Below are positions 11,724 through 24,099 of a DNA stretch of 50,072 nucleotides, in pieces (within the stretch, counting starts at the first letter, position 1; every line of letters begins with the position of its first letter). The stretch spans positions 1 to 50,072 of the forward strand of contig NKIB01013913.1 of assembly GCA_002256025.1 (NCBI GenBank). Direction: 5' to 3'. The position numbers were made by a program, and so were the translations under genes. The notes under the pieces were generated by a model that saw nothing but the letters and a program-made list of their open reading frames with translations, was not told where the DNA came from and made no database searches. The stretch comes from Asterionella formosa. Its lineage: Eukaryota.

Positions 11724-12789
11724 ATGGGCGACACAGTAAGCACGTTACTATTTCAACCACCACCTCCAACAAAGCTCAAAGAGGAGAAGATTATCTGGCT
11801 AAAAACGAGGCGAGGAAAACTGATTCCTGGTTTCTATATTGAACATAAAACGGTTGGTGGAGTCGAAACGGCACGTTCTCTATCGTTGGATGAGTTAAAA
11901 CGCTCGACAATCGATAGGGAAATAACGATCCTGTATTCACACGCAAATGCGGAAGATTTAGGATCCATCTATCCTTGGTGCAAGTTTCTTTGCAAAATGC
12001 TACGGGTAAATCTGTTTGCATATGACTACTGTGGATACGGAATGGCCTTTGAGCAAGGTGAGTTTTTAAAAGATTTTTACAAATAACTGTTGGCCTTTTT
12101 TAAATGTTCACATTGAGACCTTCATGACTTGCGAACTGATTTTGGTTTTCGAATTTTCAGGTTCTCCTTCGGAAAAAGATTGTTACACAGACATTGAGGC
12201 GGCATATGATTTCTTACGAAGCAAACTGAATATTCCCAGGCAGAATATTGTTCTGTATGGAAGATCCCTTGGTTCTGGTCCATCGTGTCATCTGGCAGCC
12301 GGGACTGCGTCGAGCGCAGATGGTCCTGTTGGTGGATTGATTTTACATGCCCCTTTCATGTCCGTATATCGAATTGTTGTGGAAACAGGTTGCACTGTTT
12401 ATGGAGATAAATTTCCGAACGTAGATTATGCCCCAATGTTGAACTCTCCAGTTTTGCTGATACATGGAACCAATGATCAGATTGTTCCTTTCAGTCACTC
12501 TGAGAGATTGTATAAAGCTATGCCACGATCGTGTAGAGCGAGACCGCTATTCATTGAAGGAATGGGACACAACAATGTTCACTCCGCTGTCCGACCAATG
12601 TTTGTGGACCGCCTTGGTGAGTACTTGGACCAACATATTGTGCCTTTTGTGGTAGTGTCTGACCAGCATGAATATGATATACCGGCCCCCATCAAATCAA
12701 GCAAATTACGAACGCCCCATCCAAGGACCAAATCAGGCCATTATTCGGAAGGCACTTCTGGACACAATTCTCGAAAATTGCACACATAG
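11724..12789 (+). CDS. ABHD17: ABHD17-like alpha/beta hydrolase (protein S-acyl thioesterase)
   Basis: Exons 11724-12057 and 12161-12789 (intron GTGAG..TTTCAG). Motifs LFQPP, LYSHANAEDLG, YDYCGYG, PSEKDCYTDIEAA, GRSLGSGP nucleophile elbow, HGTNDQIV and GHNN. Confidence 0.92.
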
Positions 12790-13613
12790 AAACGATTCCC
12801 GAGCGCGCGCCATCGTCGCATTGAAGTTGGTCTTTCGTTGAAAATCACCGTTGATCTGCACAGTCGATGTGCTGTTTCGCAGCTTGGAACACTTGATACA
12901 ACACATGTAATTTTCCATCTTTCTAAAGTGACAGTTTTTATGAATCTGGCTTGGTTAAGTCAAGCGAGCTAGGCGTTTTACCACAAATAGGGGGCGAACA
13001 TGTCCGACTTCGACTCTTTTTTAAACAATCTCCCAAGAATTCTATTTGCGTGCAGAATTGAACCCCATCGGATCTTGTGCTCCTATCCAACCTATTGGCT
13101 TTTGTTGCATCGATATTGATTTCACTAATTTGCCGCTCGTTCGTTTTGATGCATCATGTTGGAGCTGTAGGTAGACTTCCGGTAGCTTTCTAGGATTACA
13201 CCAGGGCCGTGGATGCTTGATCTCCCCGTGTCTCCGATCTTTGACCTTATCTTCCTAGCAAAACAGAAATCCATAGATGCAGCAGCACCACTTTATTTCT
13301 TATCATGTTTCAGCCAGGTTGAGGCACCCCGAGAATGAAACGATCACGGATTCTACTCAGTGTGTTCAACTACCGGTAGTTACTATTAGTAATAGGATAG
13401 ACACTTTCCCCATGTTGGCTACTCTACTAACCTGGAATCCTGGAGGGACGGAAGAAAATGGAAAAATTTTGCAACCAACGCTAGTTAAACAAAATCCAGC
13501 ATTGATAAGTGACACAGCCAAAAACTGTGTTGCTAGATTGTCTAGTTCTTACAGGACATGATGTTTATGGTACAATTTTCTTTCATTGTGGTTGTTAAGG
13601 GGCACATGAGTTC

Positions 13614-14609
<996 letters not shown>

Positions 14610-16319
14610 GATAGTACGATATCTTTATTTCAGAATCGTGTATTGGAAAAGCGGATGCCAATGGATGCGTCAAGGCTGAGTCTTCCGTCGAGACAACTAA
14701 TAAATGTTGACAGCTGTGCAGAAAGAAATATGTTTTGTGCGCTGAGAAAGAAGCATACCGGTACGCATAGTAATAGAGAGAACTGGTGTCTAATGATTCG
14801 GAACTGGTGTCGGTGACGCTGCTTGTCGCTGCTTGACACCACTTCACACTCTTGCATAGTGTTTGTCTGATAACAGACTGCGAAAAATTTACGTAGGACT
14901 GACGTTGGTAAGTGCGAAAGAGTTCACAAGAATTATTGTTTGGAGAAACGAAGGTTGAAACTGCAGGATATTCCTCCGTTTTGCTAAATCGGAATTTTAG
15001 TGCCACATCGGCAGGACCGGAGACGTTGTATTCATGCATAATGTTAATTAATATCTGAGCGGTACATATTTCATACGGCGCACCGTCCAAGCGCAGTACA
15101 CGATAGAATGGACCAGCGTAGCCACCAGATTACCGGTAGGAACACACATGTTCATTTCGAAAAATCATCTTCACATTTCCATCATTCCCATGTTACAATT
15201 GCAACCTTTTGCCACATTGAAACTAGCAAACAATACTCAGTTGATTAATGATTCATAATAGCTCTTTTCGAAACTTTCGCTTTAATTAAATCATGCTATT
15301 GTTTTAGTCACCTTGTAGTCAATGTGTAACTACTGTGAGTGTCAAATCTGTTCCTATCATGGTTCTGAATCACACATTTATAAGTTACATGAAAATATGC
15401 ACCATCGACAACTTCAATTTTCATTGTCAATATTAGTTTTATTAAAATAACCCTTTTAAGATTGTATTTTCTATATCATGCTTTTTATACTATTTACCCA
15501 TTAGCAAGAAAGCGAATTTTCTCTTTTTCATGGAGATATTTGTTATTTTCGTCATTATCAACAAGGCTGAGACAACATGATGCAGCATTCTTCAGCCGCT
15601 CATGATGACTACACTGTACTCCATAGTGTTATACCAGTATGTATGTACAAAAGAATCGAAGAATCTAAGCTAAAAAATTATGTACAAGGGCCTGCTAGTG
15701 CTAGCTCAGGTACCCAGAGCATGAATCCAGCCAGCAAACAAATAGTATAATAGCTATATTAATTTGACTGTAAATAAAAAAACCGTTAGGTCTAACAGTT
15801 TTGCTGTAAGACCCACTGCCCCAAAAATGCTCAGTATGACGTATTATTTTTTGATTGATCATACAGAAATACTGATTGATCATACAAAAAAACTGATTAA
15901 TACCAACTAACGTTTTGGTGTTCGATCTAAAGATAGTAATGGTGAGATCAAATCAGTTATTCATTCGGTCTAACCTTTGGAATGCTAATATCAAATAGAA
16001 TTTTTAGCTTTCGATCTAATGTTCATAACTACTGATCTAACTTATTTCTCTCATTGATCAAACCTATTATCATGTTCGATCAATGATGCACACAAATCGA
16101 ATTAAATGGATTGCTATTTAATACTCAAATATTCTACTTCTGGTCACCCATACTTTCCACTGTGCATCCTCTATCAGAATGAGCACACAGTGGTCTTCAA
16201 TACCTTAATTTTCACTTCCGGTAGCTATGTTTAGATCATTGCCTTTTCAAAATGAAATGAGAGAGTAAACGAAATTGATGATGCTTTACTCGAACCTCTA
16301 TCATTGCAAATGGCAAAAA

Positions 16320-17085
16320 GTCACATTCTCCAATGTTCTTGTACGACTTTCCTGTAAGAGATAATAACAACAATGTTAGCAAAACTTTTGCATCAAGCAA
16401 GCAAGGCATCTAAACGAAGATATGTGCAACAAAACAATCACATGAACAATCCATCACTCCAATTTCCGTATGAGCAGGCAATGTGCATATAACTTACCTG
16501 TGCTCTCATGGTTGATTGTTGCTTCCATAAAGAATAGTAGCAAGCCACATTCTCCAAGGTTCCTGTATGATTTTGAGGAGATAATATCAATGTTAGCAAA
16601 AGTGTTGCAACGATTAAAGCATCTCCAGCCACACATGTGCCACCAGCAACTGATGACATAAACAATCTTTATAGTAACTTCACGTCGTTCTAATCGACAT
16701 AACGGCATCAAATGAGAGTATAGTAACTTACCTATGCTCTCACTGTTGATTGATGGGTGACAGGTATAGCGTTGTTAACCCTCACATCTGCATAGTACTA
16801 TATGGAAGGCAGCAAAGATGTTATTAATGTCGAAATCCAAATTATTGGACACAGACACTACAAACCCTCTGCAGCATTGTGCACAAAGAGATTAAGTGCG
16901 GTTTCTTACCTCGTAATTAGGTTGATTTTATCGTTGATCCTGAGGAAGTGTAGAAGCTTTGAGTGGTAGCAGCGCACACAAACAGCGATACAATTTTATA
17001 GTTTGCTTCCGGTCTCACACGGTACTGATCATTAACCCCTTGGTAGCCACAGTTGAGAAGCAAAACAATCATATAACTTACCTCT
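16320..17085 (-). repeat. Tandemly duplicated micro-exon/intron modules
   Basis: Minus-strand donors AG|GTAAG(TT) at plus 16491, 16725, 16905 and 17075; YAG acceptors near 16351, 16562, 16787 and 16939. The segments at 16321 and 16546 are homologous. Confidence 0.5.
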
Positions 17086-17211
17086 TCTCACCGTTTGGTT
17101 TGATATCGGTAGAAGGCTCTCTATCACCATTCCCTCATCAGTTTGTTATGTGGAATAGAATGCACTACCGGCATGAATTTTTTAACAATATCTCAACATT
17201 TCCTCTTATCA

Positions 17212-17470
17212 GTCATAAACATATGGTTTTCTATTGCTCGCTTACTACTCCGACTATTCTTTTTCAATTTTATGATCATACGATCCTAAAACTATGATGA
17301 TTTACTGTCCCACAGCAGTAGCAACAGTCATGAACTTCTGTTGCTCGCTTACTACTCCGACTCCTCTTTTTCAATTTTATGATCATACGATCCTAAAACT
17401 ATGATGATTTACTGTCCCACTGCAGTAGCAACGGTCATAAACATATGGTGTTCTGTTGCTTGCTTACTAC
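17212..17470. repeat. Near-identical tandem repeat, ~107-115 bp x2.3
   Basis: ttgctcgcttactactccgact...gatcatacgatcctaaaactatgatgatttactgtcccac.gcagtagcaac.gtcat repeated; units start at 17212, 17327 and 17434. Confidence 0.92.
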
Positions 17471-19049
17471 CTGGTACCCCCAGTATATCACTTCCTACCT
17501 GCTACTGGTACTCTGTATATATATGATAAAATGTTATTGTCGTATGATGTACTGGTACACATGAAGAACTCCCGCCCAAAAAAGGGGCTTAAACAATTTG
17601 CTACCAAAATCCTTGTGTATAAATAATGATAGAAATGGGTTGTGACTTAGTTCACCAATTGAATGGTCTAAATAATTAGTTCCAACGGACGTAGAAAATT
17701 TACAAATTTTACAACTATATACATGGCAAATATATTTGAAATCGTTCTGTCATATCAACAAACAATGCCTACTTCATGAAAAGAAATATCGTAGTGAAGC
17801 ACATGACAAGAAAGAGAAGTTTACGCAAAAACGAAAAACATTGTGGCTTCGACACATTGCGCCTTCGAAGGATGGATTATGTTTAAGGTAATGAAGCCAT
17901 CAATGTGGTACTTGGATGAAAATCGTTGGGAGGCAGGACAACAACAAATTGTAAACTAAACTAAATGCACATTTCCTTTTTTCTCAGTTGAATCAACAGC
18001 TCGTTTTGCTTGTTGGGGAGCACCAATGCCAATGTAAAACAAAACAAAGCAAAATTGTTAAGTGCTCTTGTCATTGGACTTATTCACTTCTGATGGAACA
18101 TAACTGACGGACACGCCACTTTAACTTCTCTCAAAGTTAAGCAAACGAAAATGAATCGGTAAGTTTTATTCGGCAACATCGGAAAGCAACCTGAAACTTA
18201 CTTATTCAAGAATTTACTGACAATTTACTATTACAGACTTATACATCACTTGCTTTGATTTGGCTGTGTTAAGTGAAGCAAGCAAGAGGATACGATGGAA
18301 TGGCGTGATGTTGTGTCAGTGTAGCATGTCTAGCTAACAAGTCGTTCCTTCTCATTGGTCCTGTAACTGCATAGGAAAATAAAACCGATCAAACGGAATA
18401 GCCGGCGAGTTCAGAATGACACCAACAGCAGGGAGAGAGACGCAACATTAGAAAGTCATTGCTTGGCACAAGATTCAGAAAAGAGGAAGAAAAGGGTGAG
18501 ACAGGAACAATATACATTGAGCCAAGTGGAGACAGGAAAAATATACATTGAGCCGAGTAGAGAGAGAAACGTTGGGTTGCTGGCATGTAGATTGATAGAT
18601 AGCATTTCTAAATTTGATAGTTAAATTAAGATCCATTTCAATCTATTTTGAACAATGCTTGTGATTAGAATTATGATCATGTTTACGATAGATTTACGAT
18701 GAAACAATTTAAATGATAGCATAGTAGAGTTGAGCTGATTTTAGGATGCGTTGTAGTAATAATTTACATCGGGCAATCACGAGAATTGAAAATAATATGA
18801 GAAGGTTTTTGATGATGATGATGATGATGATGAGTAATGTTGTTGATCAGTTGATATACATTGTGTGATGATAATGTTCTTATTATCATTATACTTCAAT
18901 GTCGGTAAAATATTAATAAATCATCATAGTTATAGGATACCTTGATCATAATTTTGATCCAAAAATTATCATATACGCGAAAATCCTGTGCCACTTAGCA
19001 TACGATACCCTTGATCCTATATGCATGGTACTTTTTATTTGCAGACGAG

Positions 19050-19375
19050 ATTAGTTTTGATAACTAATATATATGACTATTATCTATGCGTAACCTGACG
19101 TGTGTAAGAAAGAAATCTGACAAACAAATTTGATTGACCACACCAACACGGTCATTGATATATCAAAATTATCATCAACATAACACAACATTTGATCAAT
19201 ATATCAACAATTTGGATTAACCGATTAGATTTGTTAACTAGCTAATATATACGAGTTCTTGTACATTCATAACCTAACATGTGGATGCTAGTAACCTAAT
19301 TTACAAATTTGATTGATCATACAGACACGGCCGTTGATATATCAAAATTATCATCACCATGTCAAAATATTTGAA
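19050..19375. repeat. Diverged tandem duplication, ~179 bp x2, in the right subterminus of the TIR element
   Basis: caaatttgattga..acacgg...ttgatatatcaaaattatcatca at ~19125 and ~19304. Confidence 0.8.
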
Positions 19376-19774
19376 TAATCAATCAGTTTCTTAACGTATG
19401 CTGAGTAAAACGTTAGATCTAACGGAAAATCTATTAACAGACGGTGTTACAATAAAGCTTGCATATGTATATTCAAATCCTTTCTTTTTTACTAGAACCA
19501 TTCGTAATTATTTGTTGTTTTCATCTCTTCAGCGGAAAAGGAAGACGATTTTGAGTTTGGAAAGAATATAGCAAAGTAGTAAGCAAGACTTGCCTGATTT
19601 TACTTAAGCCCGCCCTTATGCACCAGTCATTGACATTTGCTTTTTGTTAGCCATTTTTTGCGCTTGCTCGTTCAGAAGTTTGCGTGTTTGGACGAAATAA
19701 TTAGCATATTTCGCTTTGGACATGTGAGTTGATGATGTTCTCGATTTTTTTGAAGAACTTAAGTGCCTGGGCTC

Positions 19775-19818
19775 TCCTGCGTCACATTATCAATTTCAGC
19801 AAAATGACCGCTACTTGC
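19775..19818 (+). repeat. Isolated copy of the MITE arm found at 48570
   Basis: tcctgcgtcacattatcaatttcagcaaaatgaccgctacttgc is 41/44 identical to 48570-48613. Confidence 0.85.
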
Positions 19819-20725
19819 AGGTATGCTTCGGTATCACCCATTCCTTCTGTTCTGTCCCATTAATAGCTGCGAAAGTAGTAATAAAACCACCCACCACAAT
19901 GTATTGCAAATTGAAGACAGGACTCTCAAAAAGTCAATGAATATAGCTAACTACTGCTAGTACTCACTGTCCATTTTATAAAATAACTTCACTTTTGTAT
20001 CGCTTTAAAACTATTCTATTGGAGATAGGGCAGCTCATGGTGTGGCACTTCCTGGAGTGAACAGGCTGGGATTAGGAAGTTCTAACCCTCCTGATATCAA
20101 TAAAGCATACATATTTACTTCTAACGGTTTTGCGATGGCCCATTAATTTCAATTTTGAAATCTAATTTGGTTTTGCAAAACCCCTCGATTGGTGTAAAGC
20201 ACGACAACTTTGCTTGCACCATGATGGTACTTTTTGATACCGTCGCAGTCCTTAAAAAAATAGGTTTGTTGCTAATAAACCTGTAAATAGTAGCTACACT
20301 AAATGCTATTCTATTAACTGGCGCCTCTACCTCTATCCTAACTGTACAATCAACCTATTGCTTTGATGTGGGCTGGGAGTGTTGGTACTATGTCAACAAA
20401 TGGATGATTGACAATAGCATTGAGAACGATGGCTCTCTCATTAAGTGATCTAAAGTTATCGCATTCATGGCATGACTTAATTCTATTATTTAGACATTAG
20501 GCATTTGGAATAGATGAGCAAAAGAGGAAAGTTGGCTGGTAGAATAACGGTCTCTTTAATTGGCTCCATCATGGTGGACTTGGGCACTTGCTATAATATA
20601 TCAAAATTATAATGGTTGGTAGCTGTACCATGTTGTTATCGGAAGGAGAACAAAGTCTTCGAAGGTTTCTACATGAGAATATATGAGTGATGAATCTCCG
20701 AAATTATGAAATCGACGCCTTTTGC

Positions 20726-20853
20726 GATCTTTCACTTCTTCATCTCTTGGCGAATCTTGGCAGCATTCCAAACTTAAGCTTTTTCATATGAAGAAAGCTC
20801 AAGTCTGGAATGCTGCCAAGATTTGTTGCTGAGAGATGGAGAAGTTGAAAATC
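20726..20853. repeat. ~128 bp loopless imperfect palindrome
   Basis: Core aatcttggcagcattccaaacttaagctttttcat|atgaagaaagctcaagtctggaatgctgccaagatt (20753-20823) has 2 mismatches and 1 bulge. Outer arms are cttcttcatctc / gagatggagaag. Confidence 0.9.
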
Positions 20854-21490
20854 AAAATGCAGTGATCAACCCCTCATTTTGCTTCAGTCGATCAGCATCA
20901 TGAAAACTACATTTATTTAGCTAAGAAAACACAAGACTAATAAGGATTCTTTTTACAATGACCTTCAATTGCTCATTTTATGAACAAAATTTGAAGCACA
21001 AAAGGTTGCATATGCTGACCCTGACAGAATCTAGCTCTCTGGTAAAACCCCCAATTTTTTCTATTGGGTGAGGGGGGAGGGTTGTTTGGATTGGGGGAAT
21101 GAGTTTCATCCTATAATAGTTCCTCCTGCCAAATCGAATTCCAGCATAATTGTATTCAAAATAGTCATGCCACATATGAAAGATAACTGTTGTCCAAGCT
21201 GCCAGCGCATTTATTCAAGTACTAGATCCTCAGCAGGCATGAATATCCGAGATGTCCCAATCGTCATTTCGGCGAATTTACCGCAAGCAACTTGCTGGTA
21301 CCAGGTACCTGGTACCCTGGTGTTCTCCTTACTGGCTGGTATGGAAATACTATATTCTACAGTCTACAGTATTTACACATACAGTACTTCAAAGCTCACC
21401 TGCAGCGTTCATGCACAGGACGAGCTCAACACGCAAGCACACACAAAAGGGTTGCCAAATCCACAGGTTCGACGACTCACCGATTGTCTC

Positions 21491-21559
21491 GCAGCCGCAG
21501 CCGCAGCCGCAGCCACAGCCACAGCCACAGTCACAGTCACAGCCACAGCCACAGCCACA
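21491..21559. repeat. Hexamer microsatellite (GCAGCC/ACAGCC/ACAGTC)n upstream of BET1
   Basis: gcagccgcagccgcagccgcagccacagccacagccacagtcacagtcacagccacagccacagcc. Confidence 0.9.
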
Positions 21560-21658
21560 ATCATATCATACCATTGCATATAGCTACCTGCGCTCAAACG
21601 ACGAACATAGAAGGGGGACCTGACTTGATAGTTGCAGACGAGATTTGACCAAGAGTGA

Positions 21659-22063
21659 ATGTCTGGACCTATGCATCAACGCCGACGTGGACCAAATTCA
21701 GGAGAGAACAACAACAGCAACATGTCGTACAACCGCAGCGGCCATTACAACAGCGATACCAATGCCAGCATTATGGAATCTCAGAACAATGAGAGAATTT
21801 CCGAACTTAGTGATCAAGTCGCCCGACTCAAGGGCCTCACGATTGACATTGGTAACGAAGTCAGGGAGCAGAACGCACTTTTGGACGACATGGGCGATGG
21901 TTTCTCAGCGACTCGTGACATGTTGTCCGGGTCTCTTCGTCGGATTGGAGCAATGTTGGAATCGACTGGAGGAAAACACATGTGCTACATGGTAACTTTT
22001 GTTGTTTTTGTCATGATGTTTCTGTACTGGGTCATGACCTACAAAGGGAAGAGTGGTGCTTAA
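21659..22063 (+). CDS. BET1: BET1-like Qc-SNARE
   Basis: 134 aa. ESQNNERISELSDQVARLKGLTIDIGNEVREQNALLDDM t-SNARE coil with zero-layer Q, and a C-terminal TM helix (MVTFVVFVMMFLYWV). Confidence 0.92.
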   Translation: MSGPMHQRRRGPNSGENNNSNMSYNRSGHYNSDTNASIMESQNNERISELSDQVARLKGLTIDIGNEVREQNALLDDMGDGFSATRDMLSGSLRRIGAMLESTGGKHMCYMVTFVVFVMMFLYWVMTYKGKSGA

Positions 22064-22333
22064 TTCTTCGATGTATGGAACGCATAGGGTCCTGGAATGA
22101 CCTCTCTCAATGGGTTGGTCCGGTTTTCAGAATGTGGTGATGGTGGTTGGTAAATGGCTATTGACGTTAAAGGATTAGATCAAGAAACGTACTATATTCC
22201 GTTCAAACACTTGAACGGGACGAAGGGGCATACATCATTCCAGTCGGTGTAGTCTTCGGATTATAATTTTGATTACTTTGCTAGCCACGGTACACTACTG
22301 ATCAAAGCATCATTAAATGCAAACTGTGATAAG

Positions 22334-23449
22334 TCATCCACCCCTTATTCTCCTCCAAAGCTGCTGAAGCATTGTAGCATTTGTCTGGAACTCCACTTCC
22401 TCTACCAAATCCTTTTGCACGCGTCGAACCATAGAGTCCGACCACATCCCCAGGGACTCCTTGACGGCCCCGTGTTCCGCTCGCTCCAGTTGCTCCATGT
22501 ACTTCGAGTCTTGTTCTAAATGTTTCACATCCGAACTCGTTTCAACAATTGGATATGTCTCGATGGTCGATAGCATAAGACTAGAAACATTGGCGCGACC
22601 ATATTTGACGAGAGATTCTGCCAGATCCTTTTGAAACCAATTTCCCTCTGGTCGGAAGAAAAGTCGAGCTACTGCCATTTGGTCGTTGGGGTAAGTATTT
22701 TCAGACGTCTTCCCTAGGTCGTACCTACTGACTCGTCGAGCCAGCAATTGACAGGTCACAGGTGTTCGATCTTCGACAAGTCGTTGAAGCCATTGACCAG
22801 GACCGTCTTGTGAGCTGAGAGATCGATAATAGGGTGGCTGCACAACTCCAGCTGGGTCAAGAATGAGTCTGGTCCGTTGCATTTAACCTATGAAAGATAC
22901 GAATCACATTGACATACCTATTTCTACCTTGATCAAATCCCGCATGTTATCCTCTAGTTTCCTCCCTACTGCAGCCGATGGACTCACGTTGATACAGAAA
23001 TCAAAAGCAGCCCGATTTAAAAGCGAGCCTGCCGGTGATAAATGTCGCACCAAGCATTTGACCGATTGCTGCTCTGCGGCGTCCGTTTCCTGTTCCAATA
23101 TTCGAACGAGTCGACACCGAATCTTCTTTCTTTTCAAGAAGTAGTAAGTAGGAATGTGCGAAACAGTCTTGAATCTGAAAAAAAGGGGAGAATGAGCCAC
23201 ACTGTAGGCCGAGACCAAGGCAATCGTCGCAAAGGCTCCATAGCGGGCTGCAATCAAATTGTCATTCACGAGATCCGTCAAATGATGCAGGACAGTACCG
23301 GCGAAGGATCGCACGCCATCATTGCTATCTGAATTAGCGGGGGTTGATGGAACAATATCGTTGACTATTGATTGTTCATCAAATACGTTCTGATGATGTG
23401 ACTCGGATGGGAATGATGGGTCCTCCTGGGTATTTTCTCCTCCTGACAT
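22334..23449 (-). CDS. C3orf33-like / staphylococcal-nuclease (SNase) OB-fold membrane protein
   Basis: ATG 23449; intron 22917-22852 (GTATGT..CCAG) gives KVEI-AGV. N-terminal TM, FRFKTVSHIP..F.K.K.I, HLSP, DLAESLVKYGRA, and YMEQLERAE..A....LGMW as an SNase-like C-terminus. Confidence 0.7.
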
Positions 23450-24099
23450 GTTGAAACTTCCTTCTGGCTGCTTGTAAGCAACACTCAATGAAGAATGCTG
23501 AAAGTCATATAATACTAGGAACAAAGCACGAACAATCAGATGAAAGAAATCCTCTACATATTTGTTATCCCACAGGTTAGTGTCGCCATTGCGGAATCTT
23601 GTTTTGCCAATCCCATTGCTACAGCCGCATAAAAAATCAGCAATTCCGGGTACCGTGCACTCGGGGGTAGTTAGTTTGTACCTGGTACCGTACTCCCTCC
23701 CACTCCGCCTCAGCGATTTTGTGACGACAGGATTTTTGAAGTAGTGACGGTGGCAGGACGAACTTTTGTTTGAACAACAAGAAGCCATCAGCCATCCACG
23801 AAACGCAAATCTGAATTAGCTAGAACACACTGGCATGTACGGTAATTAGCTAAACTACGGGTAATACATAGACTTTTCTGTGATACCTGTAGTAACAGAC
23901 GATGTGCGAGCCGCCGAGGTCGAATTTATGCATCATCCACATACCGGTATGTATGGGTGATGAGGATTTTATTAATACCGTAGTTCACTACCAGGTACCA
24001 GGTACCAGGTACCAACCCCCACCACTGCAGGTGTTTTGGTACCTGGTCTTGCATTTCGTGAAAGCAAAAGAACGAGCGAGACAGCAATCACGGACTCCC

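Larger units (their letters stand above)
15766..19442. mobile_element. ~3.7 kb TIR DNA element (CACTA/EnSpm-like architecture, no recognisable transposase)
   Basis: Left end gactgtaaataaaaaaaccgttaggtctaacagttttgct[insert]ctcagtatgacgt...tgattgatc matches the reverse complement of the right end gtctgttaatagattttccgttagatctaacgttttactcagcatacgtt...tgattgatt. GATCWA subterminal motifs on the left, TTGATC/TTGATA on the right. TSD not identified. Confidence 0.65.

Noticed and set aside
12945..13025. Possible tRNA/Pol III element (ttcgactc followed by a T-run)
   Set aside because: I could not form a cloverleaf or find a convincing A-box.
21068..21648. ORFs with poly-QP, poly-HS or poly-AT tracts
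   Set aside because: Artefacts of the hexamer microsatellite, open in several frames.
23450..23788. Upstream extension of the 294-aa minus-strand ORF
   Set aside because: No family-like content, and it overlaps the shared promoter; ATG 23449 is preferred.
23902..24099. 66-aa N-terminal extension of DHPS in the ORF track
   Set aside because: It reads through the TACCAGG motif chain in the promoter; the ATG at 24100 fits the family better.
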